In this document: positions 9,396-19,400 of the stretch, piece by piece
Layout of the letters: each line of letters opens with the position of its first letter
Position numbering within the stretch: the stretch's first letter is position 1
Assembly: GCA_930990975.1 (NCBI GenBank)
Contig: CAKNRR010000003.1
Location: 13,037 to 77,036 of the forward strand
DNA: 64,000 bases
DNA from: an uncultured Clostridia bacterium
GTDB taxonomy: Bacteria; Bacillota; Clostridia; Christensenellales; UBA1242
Direction: 5' to 3'
Notes under the pieces: generated by a model
Told to the model about the DNA's origin: nothing
Database searches by the model: none
What the model saw: only the letters and a program-made list of their open reading frames with translations
Program-made: the position numbers and the translations under genes

Positions 9396-11033
9396 ATGTT
9401 TTTTGATATAACCTCAAATATAAATAATACCCTTAACCTTTTACAATCAAATAAAAATATTTTAGACCAAAATAATGTTAATGTTTCTGTTGAATTTTTA
9501 CTCAATAAAAATCTACTTGAAAAATTATGTCAATGTTGCCCAAATAAACTTATCAAAATAATAACTACACCGAATCACCTAGTTGATGACCTTGAGAATA
9601 GTGAACTTTTTGATAAAAAAAATCTCAAAATTGTACTAGAAAATGTTGAATATATGCAAAAAAAATATAATAATCAATTTGTTTTTAAAGAAGGTTTTTC
9701 TATTCAAGAAGCCATTATTGCCAGCAAAAAAGTTAATGATTGGGTTGATGAAATCAATAATGCTAAGATTAACAATGAAAAGCTTTCTCCATTAGAAAAA
9801 TATTTATATGCTTATCAAATTTGTACAGATTTTTATTATAATGAATCAAATGAAAAACTAGGTAAATCTCGTTTTTTATTTGGTGTTCTTAATTCAGATA
9901 ACATTGTTTGCGTTGGATATGCTGGACTTTTAACAGAATTGTGTAATAGGCTAGATATTCCCTGTGTCAGACAACAAGTTAAAATAAATAATTCAGGGTA
10001 TCATTTAAACTGCTGTGTTTCTATTGATGATGAAAAATATAATATTCATGGTATTTACTATAGTGATCCTTGTTGGGACTGTATAGGTAAATACTCACCC
10101 CCTACTTTAAAAAATTCCTTAATACCTTATGATGATGTAGATAAAATTCATCATGACATAAAAATACTAAACAAAACTAATTGCTTAACTAAAGTAACTT
10201 GCAAAAAAGAAGAAGAAGCAATCTATAAAAAAGTGCTTGAATATTATAACAACCTAAGAGGCTATGAGAAAATAAGTGAATTCCTTAAGGATTTTATTGA
10301 TCAATTAGATAATAACACTTATAAACAAACCCCTGCTTATAAATATGTTAAAGAAACTATAGATTCAATCATCATAGAATGCTTAGAAGATAAAAAAGAA
10401 GTTTTGACAAGTAAACCAAATAATGATATTGACACAAATTCCCTTAAAACTGCAATTATGATGCTCATTTCAGCAAATTTTGAAGATTTTTTCGCAAAAG
10501 ATGCAAATAAAAATAATAAAAGTAAAGTTATACCAGATAAAATTTATTTAGAAAAAACCATTTCATCTCTAAATTACTCCATCTCGTCTCTTTTAAGCCA
10601 AGGCTTAGGCAAAGATAAAATTAACAATCTAGCTAATCAATTTTTTAATAAAGAACTTATTGAAGAACAAGTATTAGATTTATATTCATACTATACTAAA
10701 CTTAAAAACAGAAAAGAACTTACAGAAAAAAATAAACTTAAGTCCTATATAAAATCAAAAGCCTATAGATTAGCAAAAAATTCTTCATATATTGATATTG
10801 ATACTATTCATAAAGCATTAATTGCTATTGAAAAAAGCAAAGAAACAAATGAAAATAAAGCAAAATTGAAAGCAAAATCAAAATTGGAATCTTCCATTTT
10901 CTCTGCATATATAAATAATTTTGCAGATTGTAATTGTGACTATGCTTTTGTTCAAGGAGCAAAAAATTATAAAAAGAAAAAGGATGAATTAAAAAAAGAA
11001 ATATTAGACGATAACCTATCAACTCAAAAATAA
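9396..11033 (+). CDS. transglutaminase-like (papain-fold) domain protein with a long K/N-rich helical tail
   Basis: SD AAAGGAG. Candidate Cys-His-Asp triad in NIVCVGYAGLLTELCNRLDIPC ... GYHLNCCV ... YYSDPCWD, matching the G-C-x-x-F/Y-A ... H ... D-P pattern of the transglutaminase core. Confidence 0.5.
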   Translation: MFFDITSNINNTLNLLQSNKNILDQNNVNVSVEFLLNKNLLEKLCQCCPNKLIKIITTPNHLVDDLENSELFDKKNLKIVLENVEYMQKKYNNQFVFKEGFSIQEAIIASKKVNDWVDEINNAKINNEKLSPLEKYLYAYQICTDFYYNESNEKLGKSRFLFGVLNSDNIVCVGYAGLLTELCNRLDIPCVRQQVKINNSGYHLNCCVSIDDEKYNIHGIYYSDPCWDCIGKYSPPTLKNSLIPYDDVDKIHHDIKILNKTNCLTKVTCKKEEEAIYKKVLEYYNNLRGYEKISEFLKDFIDQLDNNTYKQTPAYKYVKETIDSIIIECLEDKKEVLTSKPNNDIDTNSLKTAIMMLISANFEDFFAKDANKNNKSKVIPDKIYLEKTISSLNYSISSLLSQGLGKDKINNLANQFFNKELIEEQVLDLYSYYTKLKNRKELTEKNKLKSYIKSKAYRLAKNSSYIDIDTIHKALIAIEKSKETNENKAKLKAKSKLESSIFSAYINNFADCNCDYAFVQGAKNYKKKKDELKKEILDDNLSTQK

Positions 11034-11068
11034 AAGACTATCATGACTAAATTGATAGTCTTTTTTTA
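11032..11068. terminator. bidirectional terminator
   Basis: GACTATCA (11036-11043) pairs with TGATAGTC (11053-11060). A-run before, T-run after. Confidence 0.65.
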
Positions 11069-11073
11069 TTTTT

Positions 11074-11601
11074 TTATTTTAATTTTTGTTTATATCTTTC
11101 TATGCTTTCTTTTATTACTTTCTCCGCTTCCTCATGCCCTGCCAATGCTTCAACATGAACAACCTTATTTTCAAGTTGTTTATACACTTTTAAAAAATGT
11201 TGTAATTCATCAAATATATGTGCAGGAAGCTGGGATATGTCTTTATAACTATTATACTGAGGATCTGCAAATGGTATTGCAATAATTTTCTCATCATGCT
11301 CATTTCTATCAGTCATGGTAACAACACCAATAGGATAACATCTAACCAATGACAATCTTGCAAGAGGTTGACTGCAAAGCACAAAAACATCCAATGGGTC
11401 ATTATCTTCGCAATATGTTAAAGGTACAAATCCATAATTCATTGGATAGTTTGTGCTTGTATATAGCACCCTGTCCATAATAAGCATGCCTGTTTCTTTG
11501 TCAAGCTCATATTTTGTTTTATCCCCTTGTTGTATCTCTATGCAAGCTATAAAATCATTGGGCTTTATCCTATCAGAATTAATATCTTTCCAAATATTCA
11601 T
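11074..11601 (-). CDS. ppa: inorganic pyrophosphatase, family I
   Basis: IEIQQGDKTKYELDKETG, DRVLYTS..YP.NYGF.P.T..EDNDPLDV.VL. Confidence 0.95.
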   Translation of the reverse strand: MNIWKDINSDRIKPNDFIACIEIQQGDKTKYELDKETGMLIMDRVLYTSTNYPMNYGFVPLTYCEDNDPLDVFVLCSQPLARLSLVRCYPIGVVTMTDRNEHDEKIIAIPFADPQYNSYKDISQLPAHIFDELQHFLKVYKQLENKVVHVEALAGHEEAEKVIKESIERYKQKLK

Positions 11602-11622
11602 TTCTATACTCTCCTTTTTGTT

Positions 11623-12618
11623 CTATAATTTCTTCAATAATTCAGTTGCTTCTTTTGGTATATCTCCATTAAAATCTATACCTATGTTTATTAAAAAATT
11701 TGCACCAACATTATTTGCCTTTTTCATATATGTTCTCAATTCTCCAATATTCTTCCATATTGGATGCTTTGTATATCCCCATGACTGATTTAATGTACAA
11801 CAACATTCATACAACTTATTGGGACTTGGCTTTGAACCATTTATGTCATTATAACCGGTAATTTTGGTCTGTAATTCTTCAATGGAGTTTGGTATTTCAT
11901 TATCGCCAAATGAAACATAATCATAGTATGAGTTACCAAGTCTTGAATTAATCAAGCAATTTGGTTGATATTTTTTGACTACATCATATATTTCTTTACT
12001 TTGTTTTTCTGTTAGTGTAAATGGAATATCAAACCAAGCTATTGCAATTTCACCATAATTTGTCATAAGTTCCTTTATTTGCGGCAGTGATTTTCTATAA
12101 AAGTACTCATCAAAATTTCTTCCATCATTTTTAAAATCCCAATTATTATTCCATGCTGTTCCCGCACAATCTAATGGCTTCGTATTAAATCCACCTCCAT
12201 TTTTTTCGTGCCAATCTAAATCTTGTGAATAATATATCCCCAATTTTATCCCATATTTCCTGCAAGCGTCCTCAAATTCTTTCAAAATGTCTTTCTTATA
12301 TGGACTCTTATAAACTATATTGAAATCATCAACTTTAGATTCATACATGGCAAACCCCTCATGATGCTTTGCCGTAAAAACTATATACTTAAACTCATTT
12401 TCTTTTGCAAACTTAACTAAATTTTCTGCATTAAAATTTACTGGATTAAATTTTAAAGCAACTTTCTCCATTTCTGCATTCGATATTCTAAAAAAAGACT
12501 GTATCCATTCAGCATAATTACTACTATATTGTCCACTATATTCGCCTCCAAAATATGAATATAATCCCCAATGTATCATAATTCCTTTTTTTGCGTTTTT
12601 AAACCATTCAGCATTCAT
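11623..12618 (-). CDS. alpha-L-fucosidase (GH29 catalytic domain)
   Basis: WFKNAKKGIMIHWGLYS, YAEW, AKHHEGFAMYES, YYSQDLDWH. Confidence 0.85.
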   Translation of the reverse strand: MNAEWFKNAKKGIMIHWGLYSYFGGEYSGQYSSNYAEWIQSFFRISNAEMEKVALKFNPVNFNAENLVKFAKENEFKYIVFTAKHHEGFAMYESKVDDFNIVYKSPYKKDILKEFEDACRKYGIKLGIYYSQDLDWHEKNGGGFNTKPLDCAGTAWNNNWDFKNDGRNFDEYFYRKSLPQIKELMTNYGEIAIAWFDIPFTLTEKQSKEIYDVVKKYQPNCLINSRLGNSYYDYVSFGDNEIPNSIEELQTKITGYNDINGSKPSPNKLYECCCTLNQSWGYTKHPIWKNIGELRTYMKKANNVGANFLINIGIDFNGDIPKEATELLKKL

Positions 12619-12624
12619 AGTTAT

Positions 12625-12652
12625 ATTATATTACAATTAACACAAATTTCAA
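12625..12652 (-). promoter_or_regulatory. promoter placing the TSS at or next to the fucosidase ATG (leaderless candidate)
   Basis: Minus strand: -35 TTGAAA, 16-nt spacer, -10 TATAAT, then only 6 nt (ATAACT) before the ATG at 12618. No SD. Confidence 0.4.
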
Positions 12653-12739
12653 AACAACTTTTTGTATTTGAAAAATTAAACAATTATTTCTGTGTCGTAA
12701 ACCTAAACCTGAGATTAAAAAAATCTTTAAACATCATTC

Positions 12740-12768
12740 TTGACAACACCATTTAAATTAGATATTAT
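12740..12768 (+). promoter_or_regulatory. promoter placing the TSS at or next to the acyltransferase ATG (leaderless candidate)
   Basis: -35 TTGACA (12740-12745), 17-nt spacer, -10 TATTAT (12763-12768), then 6 nt (AATAAC) before the ATG at 12775. No SD. Confidence 0.4.
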
Positions 12769-12774
12769 AATAAC

Positions 12775-13749
12775 ATGAACAAAAGATATGCTTATTTTGA
12801 TATTATTAAATTCACACTCATTTTTTTCGTGGTTTTAGGACATGTTATTGAACCATTTATCAATAATCCATTTTTTAAATCAATCTATATGCTTATTTAT
12901 TCCTTCCATATGCCTCTTTTTGTTTTTATTTCTGGAATGTTCGCTAAGTATAATAGAAAAACCATAAAAAAATATTTAATATTATTTTTAATTTTCCATA
13001 GTATCCATACAACGATTAAACTCTTAACTAATACACCTCCAGAAACAACCACTGAAATTTTAAGTTTTATTTTTACTCCCTACTGGATTCTTTGGTATCT
13101 ATTATGTATGGCTATATGGACTTTTTCGCTGAAATTTATAAAAAATGTCAACATCAAGTTAATTGTTTTCTTCTTTATGTTATCATTTCTGTTTGGATTT
13201 ATTCCTATAAATGGCATTCTATCAATAAATAGACTTATATATTTTTACCCTTTCTTTTTACTTGGAAATCTTTGCGGAAAAGATAAAGAAAAATTTATGA
13301 ATTGTATAAAATCATTTAAAAAACCAATTCTTATCTTTATTTCTATTTGTTTTCTTGTTATTTTAATGTTTGTTTTTAGATATTTTGCTCCCAATATAAA
13401 CATAAGCTTCTTCTATGGCAAATCACACTACAGCTCACTGTCTGATTTCTTTGGGAGATTTATCGCCTATTTTTTGGGTATAGCCTGTGGTTTTGCAGTC
13501 CTGCTTATCATCCCTGATAGACATAGAACAAACTCCAAATTAAAAAGTTTTTCTTTTTCTCAAATAGGTTCAAGAACTCTATCTATCTATCTTTTGCATG
13601 TTGTCTTTATATCTTTAATCAAAAAAATTATTTCATTAATAACACCTGATACAGGTCTTCTTCTAGTCATATTCCTAACTTTTACTTTAATAATTGTCTA
13701 CTTAACATCACTGCCAATCTTTAATAAAGTATTAAATAAAATTGCATAA
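12775..13749 (+). CDS. membrane acyltransferase, acyltransferase-3 family
   Basis: About 10 TM segments. N-terminal YFDIIKFTLIFFVVLGHVIEP with the conserved His, typical of the family. Confidence 0.8.
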   Translation: MNKRYAYFDIIKFTLIFFVVLGHVIEPFINNPFFKSIYMLIYSFHMPLFVFISGMFAKYNRKTIKKYLILFLIFHSIHTTIKLLTNTPPETTTEILSFIFTPYWILWYLLCMAIWTFSLKFIKNVNIKLIVFFFMLSFLFGFIPINGILSINRLIYFYPFFLLGNLCGKDKEKFMNCIKSFKKPILIFISICFLVILMFVFRYFAPNINISFFYGKSHYSSLSDFFGRFIAYFLGIACGFAVLLIIPDRHRTNSKLKSFSFSQIGSRTLSIYLLHVVFISLIKKIISLITPDTGLLLVIFLTFTLIIVYLTSLPIFNKVLNKIA

Positions 13750-13771
13750 AAATAATAAAGTGTGCCTAAAT

Positions 13772-13806
13772 AAAAAATAAACACATTATATTGTGTTTAT
13801 TTTTTA
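13772..13806. terminator. bidirectional terminator (acyltransferase / tRNA-Ser)
   Basis: AAATAAACAC / GTGTTTATTT hairpin flanked by A- and T-runs. Confidence 0.6.
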
Positions 13807-13829
13807 ATATTAAATACTGCATATAGTAT

Positions 13830-13920
13830 TGGCGGAGACGATGGGATTCGAACCCATGTATCAGTTTCCTGATAAACGCATTTCGAGTGCGTCCCGGTAC
13901 GACCGCTTCGGTACATCTCC
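13830..13920 (-). tRNA. tRNA-Ser (anticodon CGA), CCA encoded
   Basis: Minus strand GGAGATG..CGTCTCC acceptor stem. Anticodon arm ACGCA-CTCGAAA-TGCGT. Long variable arm TATCAG-GAAA-CTGATA. T-arm ATGGG-TTCGAAT-CCCAT. Ends GCCA. Confidence 0.9.
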
Positions 13921-14153
13921 AGATTCGCGTTTTGACATTTTTTACTTGTTTCGATTATAATGATTTATAAGATTTACAGTAAAATTTTATTGCCTTTTTG
14001 CATTATACACAATTACATCTTTGCATTTTTATCTTTTAAATCAATAAAATAATATCATATTTTATTTTTTATTACAACTAAAATATCAAATCGTTTTGTA
14101 AATTAAACAATTTAGCATATAATATCTTTGTACTCACTTAAAAGGAATTTACT

Positions 14154-15080
14154 ATGAAAAAATATAAAGTTATTATTGATACAGACCCAGGTGTCGATGA
14201 CTCTGCTTGTCTTCTATTTACATTTTTTGACAAAAAACTGGATATAAAACTTTTTTCTACGGTTTCTGGGAATGTCCGTGTTGAAACGGGCACTAGAAAT
14301 ATGCTCCATCTTCTTGATAAGTTTAATGTAGATTTCCCAGTTGCTAAAGGATGTGCAAAAGCCATGGAGCGCACAACCCCTACCGCAGAAAATGTACACC
14401 AAAAAGAAGGCATGGGAGGATATATCCCCCCAAAAACAACCAAGCATAAAATTCTTGAAGAAGACGCAGTTGAAGCAATGTATAGAATTATCAGTGAAGG
14501 AGATGGGGACATCATTCCTATTATTTTAGGACCTCACACCAATATTGCAACTCTCATTGTCAAACACCCTGATGTTGTAAGCAAAATCCCTCGTATAATT
14601 TTTATGGGTGGTTCGCCTTATGGTTTGCCTGGCTTCCCTGATCACATTTCTTTCAATATTCGTTCTGACCCTGAAGCATTCAAAATTGTGCTTGATTCTA
14701 AAATACCTCTTGTCATGATTCCTAGTGACATGGGACGAAGAAAAGCCTATTTAACAGAAGAGATGGTATATCAAATCAGAGATACAAATGATGTTGGGAA
14801 ATTCATGTTTACTATGTATGACAAATACTGGGAAAGATTCTTCCCTGACAAGCGTATTGCAACAAATGACACTTGCGCATATTTCTATTTAATTCGCCCT
14901 GACCTATTTACTTGCAAGCGAATAAGCATGACTGTTGACCTTGATGAAACACCTGGAAAAACAATTGTGAATTATGACAAAAAAGGTCATATCTTATTGA
15001 CAGTAGCTGTAAAGCGCAAACAATTTTTAAATCTTTATATGAAAAAATTAAAAGAACTTGATTATATCAAATTTGATTAA
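14154..15080 (+). CDS. nucleoside hydrolase (IUNH family)
   Basis: N-terminal KVIIDTDPGVDDSACLL (DxDxxxDD Ca-binding motif); GPHTNIA. Confidence 0.9.
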   Translation: MKKYKVIIDTDPGVDDSACLLFTFFDKKLDIKLFSTVSGNVRVETGTRNMLHLLDKFNVDFPVAKGCAKAMERTTPTAENVHQKEGMGGYIPPKTTKHKILEEDAVEAMYRIISEGDGDIIPIILGPHTNIATLIVKHPDVVSKIPRIIFMGGSPYGLPGFPDHISFNIRSDPEAFKIVLDSKIPLVMIPSDMGRRKAYLTEEMVYQIRDTNDVGKFMFTMYDKYWERFFPDKRIATNDTCAYFYLIRPDLFTCKRISMTVDLDETPGKTIVNYDKKGHILLTVAVKRKQFLNLYMKKLKELDYIKFD

Positions 15081-15098
15081 AAAACATCAAAAAACACA

Positions 15099-15128
15099 AA
15101 AAAAGCACAAAAAATTGTGCTTTTTTAT
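15099..15128. terminator. bidirectional terminator
   Basis: AAAAGCACAA-AAAA-TTGTGCTTTT. It overlaps the stop of the convergent GT2 gene. Confidence 0.6.
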
Positions 15129-16213
15129 TTATTTTTGTCTTTTTTATCTAAATTATTAAAAAATTTCTCGTTATACAAAACATTTTCATCATTTGGATTA
15201 AAAGATTTGGCAACCTCATGATAATGCCTTGATTGAATCAAATCTCCAATCTGATAGTAGCACACACATAGTTGAATGGCTGGCAACAATTGATAACAAT
15301 TCAAATTCACAAACGCCCCACTTTCTAAATTTGGCGATGAGGCAAGTGCCTGTTTATACCAATATATCGCTTTGGGATAATCTTTGATTGTTTCAAACAC
15401 ATTTCCTATTTCAAACAAAATCTCCCCCTTCGGTACGCCATACATAAAAGAGCCAAACAATGCAGTCAATGCGTTTTCATATTCTTTCTTATATTGATAG
15501 CATTTTGACAGGTTTAAACAAGCTTCAATATTATTTTCGTTCCACCCTTTTCTGCTTGAAAGAAATTTTGAAAATTCATGTATAGCCTCATCATAAAGAT
15601 TATTGAAATACAATTCTCTTGCATAATAAAATTGTTGGCGAGGAGAAAAATCAACTTTATCATTCAACATCTTTTTGTAAATATCAAGATTCCTTGTTGT
15701 GTAAGGTTTTGGTTTCTTATCATGATAAATCACAATTTTGTTGTTATAAACAACCTTTCCCCATGGTATTATGACCTCATGTACAGGGTCTTTCCATCTT
15801 AGGACAGGAATATTTTTCATTATTCTTTCTCTATAATATTCAAATATCGGCTTATGATTTTCATCAAAAGATGTTGCATAACTGCACATCAAAGTGTCGC
15901 AACCTTCTTCACTCTTTTTCCATTTTTTGATTTCTTTCACAGTTTCTTTGCTTGCCACATCATCTGCATCCATCCACATTATGTAAGGGCAAGACGCTTT
16001 ATCAAATGAATAATTCCTTGCCTTAGAAAAATCGTTGCACCACTCAAAATCATAAATTTTGTCAGTATAATTGCTGGCAACCTCTTTTGTTTTGTCAGTT
16101 GAGCCTGTATCCACTATTATAATTTCATCGACAGCGTCTTTTATGCTGGTCAAACACTTATCCAAATTTTTCTCTTCATTTTTAACTATCATACATAAAG
16201 ATATTTTTTTCAT
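15125..16213 (-). CDS. family-2 glycosyltransferase with a C-terminal TPR-like domain
   Basis: ISLCMIVKNEEKNL...IIIVDTGSTDKT...MWMDADD (GT-A fold with DxD), followed by a helical-repeat half. Confidence 0.85.
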   Translation of the reverse strand: MKKISLCMIVKNEEKNLDKCLTSIKDAVDEIIIVDTGSTDKTKEVASNYTDKIYDFEWCNDFSKARNYSFDKASCPYIMWMDADDVASKETVKEIKKWKKSEEGCDTLMCSYATSFDENHKPIFEYYRERIMKNIPVLRWKDPVHEVIIPWGKVVYNNKIVIYHDKKPKPYTTRNLDIYKKMLNDKVDFSPRQQFYYARELYFNNLYDEAIHEFSKFLSSRKGWNENNIEACLNLSKCYQYKKEYENALTALFGSFMYGVPKGEILFEIGNVFETIKDYPKAIYWYKQALASSPNLESGAFVNLNCYQLLPAIQLCVCYYQIGDLIQSRHYHEVAKSFNPNDENVLYNEKFFNNLDKKDKNK

Positions 16214-16492
16214 AATAACCTCTTAATTTTATATGAAATATTATGAAAAAATGACAAAATAATTAAATAATTCATTTTTTTAATATTATTTTAATTAAAA
16301 AATAATATTTTTTTATTTTTTATTCTTTTTATTTTATTTTTTAAAATATTTTTAATGTTTATTTTTTATACTTATGTATATATTAAATATAAATATTTAT
16401 ATATATTCTTATATATATTTCGTCAAAATATTTTGTTTTTTTTCTCTGCTATGTTAAAATCATTATATATGAAATTTATTTCGAGGTGGAAT

Positions 16493-19400
16493 ATGTCAAA
16501 AGCTAAAAAATTGTTTAATTCACTTGTTTTATCTTTTATTTTGGTAGGCATGCTTTGTGCTGGTTTTTTCTTGCCTAAAAACGGCTCGATAAAATCACAA
16601 TTGGAAACCTTTGCGGCTGGACCTACATACGGACAAATTGCAAATGATTTGCCTGAGTATTTTTCTTCGCTTCCAAATGAAAAAGTTTCTGGGTATGTCG
16701 GCAAGGAAATATTCTTAATGCAAGGAGGCTCAGCAGAATCAGCCAGTCAAATCAATGCCACAATTGCAGCAAATCCAGAACACTTTGTTTCAAACAACAA
16801 CCCTAAGCCAGAAGATCCAGAAAATCAAAAGAACTATGCTTATATGCCAAATGTAAACAACAAAGATGAATACTATTATTTTAACTTCCAAAACAACCTC
16901 TCATTATACTATAACTTAACAAACGAACAAATTGCTTCAGGACAAGTTGGAGAAAACTTAATGCAAGGTCAAGGTATTTCAAACTATGCCTCAAGCAACG
17001 GCGATTATGCCTTCGTTCCTGATTCTCTTAATATTACACCTCAAAAACTTGACATCGTCTTCAAACTTGACACTTTAAAATCAGATGAAGATATGTTTGA
17101 AAACAATATTGTATACCTCAACAAAGAAGGTTGCTACACTCTTACTGTTACAGTAAACTATTACTACACAAACAATGGCGGAGTTACATACACTCCTGGC
17201 TCAGAAACCTTCAACTACACTTTCATGGTGTTTAATTCAAATACATATTTCAATAATTCTACAGGACTTCCAAACATTTCTCCTTCATCAAATATTCAAG
17301 ACACTTCACTCACCTCATCAGATACATTCTCAAGATATTATTTCTATAACTACTCTTATGCTGGAGATAATGTTTCCCCAATAAATTCTTTACCTTATTT
17401 CACATACAACCCAAATCTATATCAAATCACTGTTACTTTCACCGACCTCAATCAAACAACTCATGAAAGCACAATTGTTTATAGAGATGGAACTTTCTCT
17501 CAGCTTGATGAGACTGGCGCTGCTATCTCTGAAGAAGATTTCTTCTTATACACTACTTTAGACGGAGAAAATGCTCGCATAACTTTACTTGATTTAGGCT
17601 ATTATGACATGTCTTTCCAATATCTTTACAAATCTACTTTAGATGGAGTAGAAACTATCTATGAATTACCTTTTGAAAGCAGTCTTCAAGGAAATACTAC
17701 CCTTCAAAATAAAGATCAAAGAATTTTCGTATATGGATACCAAGCAGTTTATAGCGACTATTCAAAAATAAATGAAATCACAAACCAACCAGAATCTGTT
17801 GAACTTAAAACTTTTGATTTAGAAAACTCTATTTATGTAAAATCTGCAGATATCACAAGCGCGTTTAATAAATATATCAAAGATAACAAAGATAATGATA
17901 TAGGTGGTAAAAATGCTCCTGCGGGAAGTTCTGACGGAAACCCTGCAATTACAATAGACATGAAGAGCCCCTCTTATAGCGTAAACTACAACTTAGATTC
18001 ACTTAAAAACTGGGCAGTTGACTATATCAATGGTGTAAAATTAGAAGATGGAACTGAGATTAATGGAACTCTTGTTGAACCAGTTTCAACAAACCAAACT
18101 CCTATAAAATTCTTAACAAATGCAACATTACAAACTGGACAATCAGAAAGCAATCCCACTGGATTTAGCAAAGTATACAAAGTTTCAAAAACTGACCATG
18201 GTTATGTTCTTGATAACGGAACAATTTTTGATGGTTTCAACCAAAATGAGCCAGGAACTTATCTTTATATAGTACAATACACATATGATAACTATTTATC
18301 TGAAACAGGAACTTTGCAAAGTTCTTACTATCACTATCAAGTGTTCTTCTTTAATATTACAAATTCAACACCTTCAGTAACTGTACTTGATGAAAACTTC
18401 AATGAAGTTTATACATCTGGCTTTACAAACAAAAATGTCTATATCATAAATGACTCACAAAGCAATGAATTTGATGCTGATGTTAAAATTACTTTAACTG
18501 CAAGAAATTATGCGACTGGTCAATATTTCTTCCAAGATAGAGATATCATGGGCGGACTTGAAGAATATGGCATCACATATAGAAGATTTGAAGAAGCTGA
18601 AGATACTGAAGAAAATAAATTATACAACGAAAAAGTTGCTGGCAAATATGGTATTTTAATTGAAAATACAAACAGCATCGCAAACGCATTCTTTACAATC
18701 AAAATTACTTCAGCAAATTCTGACAAACCAAGTACTAGAACATTTACAATAGACACAAATGAAATTAGCGGAATTAATGCTAGAAATGTTAGTTTCTCTT
18801 CTAATACAACTTACAGAATTCTAGAAAATATCCCTTCTTATAATTCAAATCAACCTTTAATCTTCTCTTGGAATGAAAAAGCTAGCGGAGCAACAACTTA
18901 TGGATATGTTAAATTCATTCCTATGACAGGCATTAACTATTATTCATCTCAAACAAATTCTGCTACACTCTCTTCCCTTTTAGGGCATTGGATTGAAAAT
19001 TATTCAACCTTGCCTGTTTCTTACAAAGTTGACTTATCAGTCAATAATCCATGGACTGAATATAAAAACTCTTTGAATTTTACATCCACTGTTGATGCAA
19101 CTTATGTTAAATCAAGCGATGGCTTCTACATTCTTGAAATTTATGACCAAGCAGGAAACTCAAGTTTTGCTTTATATATGATTGATAGCAGCAGCCCTGT
19201 ATTCGTGTTACATACAATTTCTAGCGAAGAAACAAGAAAACTTATAAATAATAGCGAAAGCATCTCTGTCCCTGAAAACAACACTCAAATGTGGATTGAA
19301 TGGGCAAACAACAAAGCAATCTATCTCGACAAGTATGATTCGTATTCAAACCTCACTCCTTATGAATACGGAATTGATGTAGAAAATGCACAAGAAAAAT

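Noticed and set aside
14138-14515. Antisense or overlapping ORFs inside well-supported genes: 14138..14515, 30917..31426, 36490..36936 and 46302..46781.
   Set aside because: Each lies fully within a confidently identified gene on the opposite strand and has biased low-complexity composition with no SD.
16355-16492. A 46-codon N-terminal extension of the giant ORF (MFIFYTYVYIKYKYLYIF...).
   Set aside because: It translates the A/T-only promoter region. There is no SD at 16355, while GAGGTGGA precedes the ATG at 16493, which starts a normal signal/anchor sequence.
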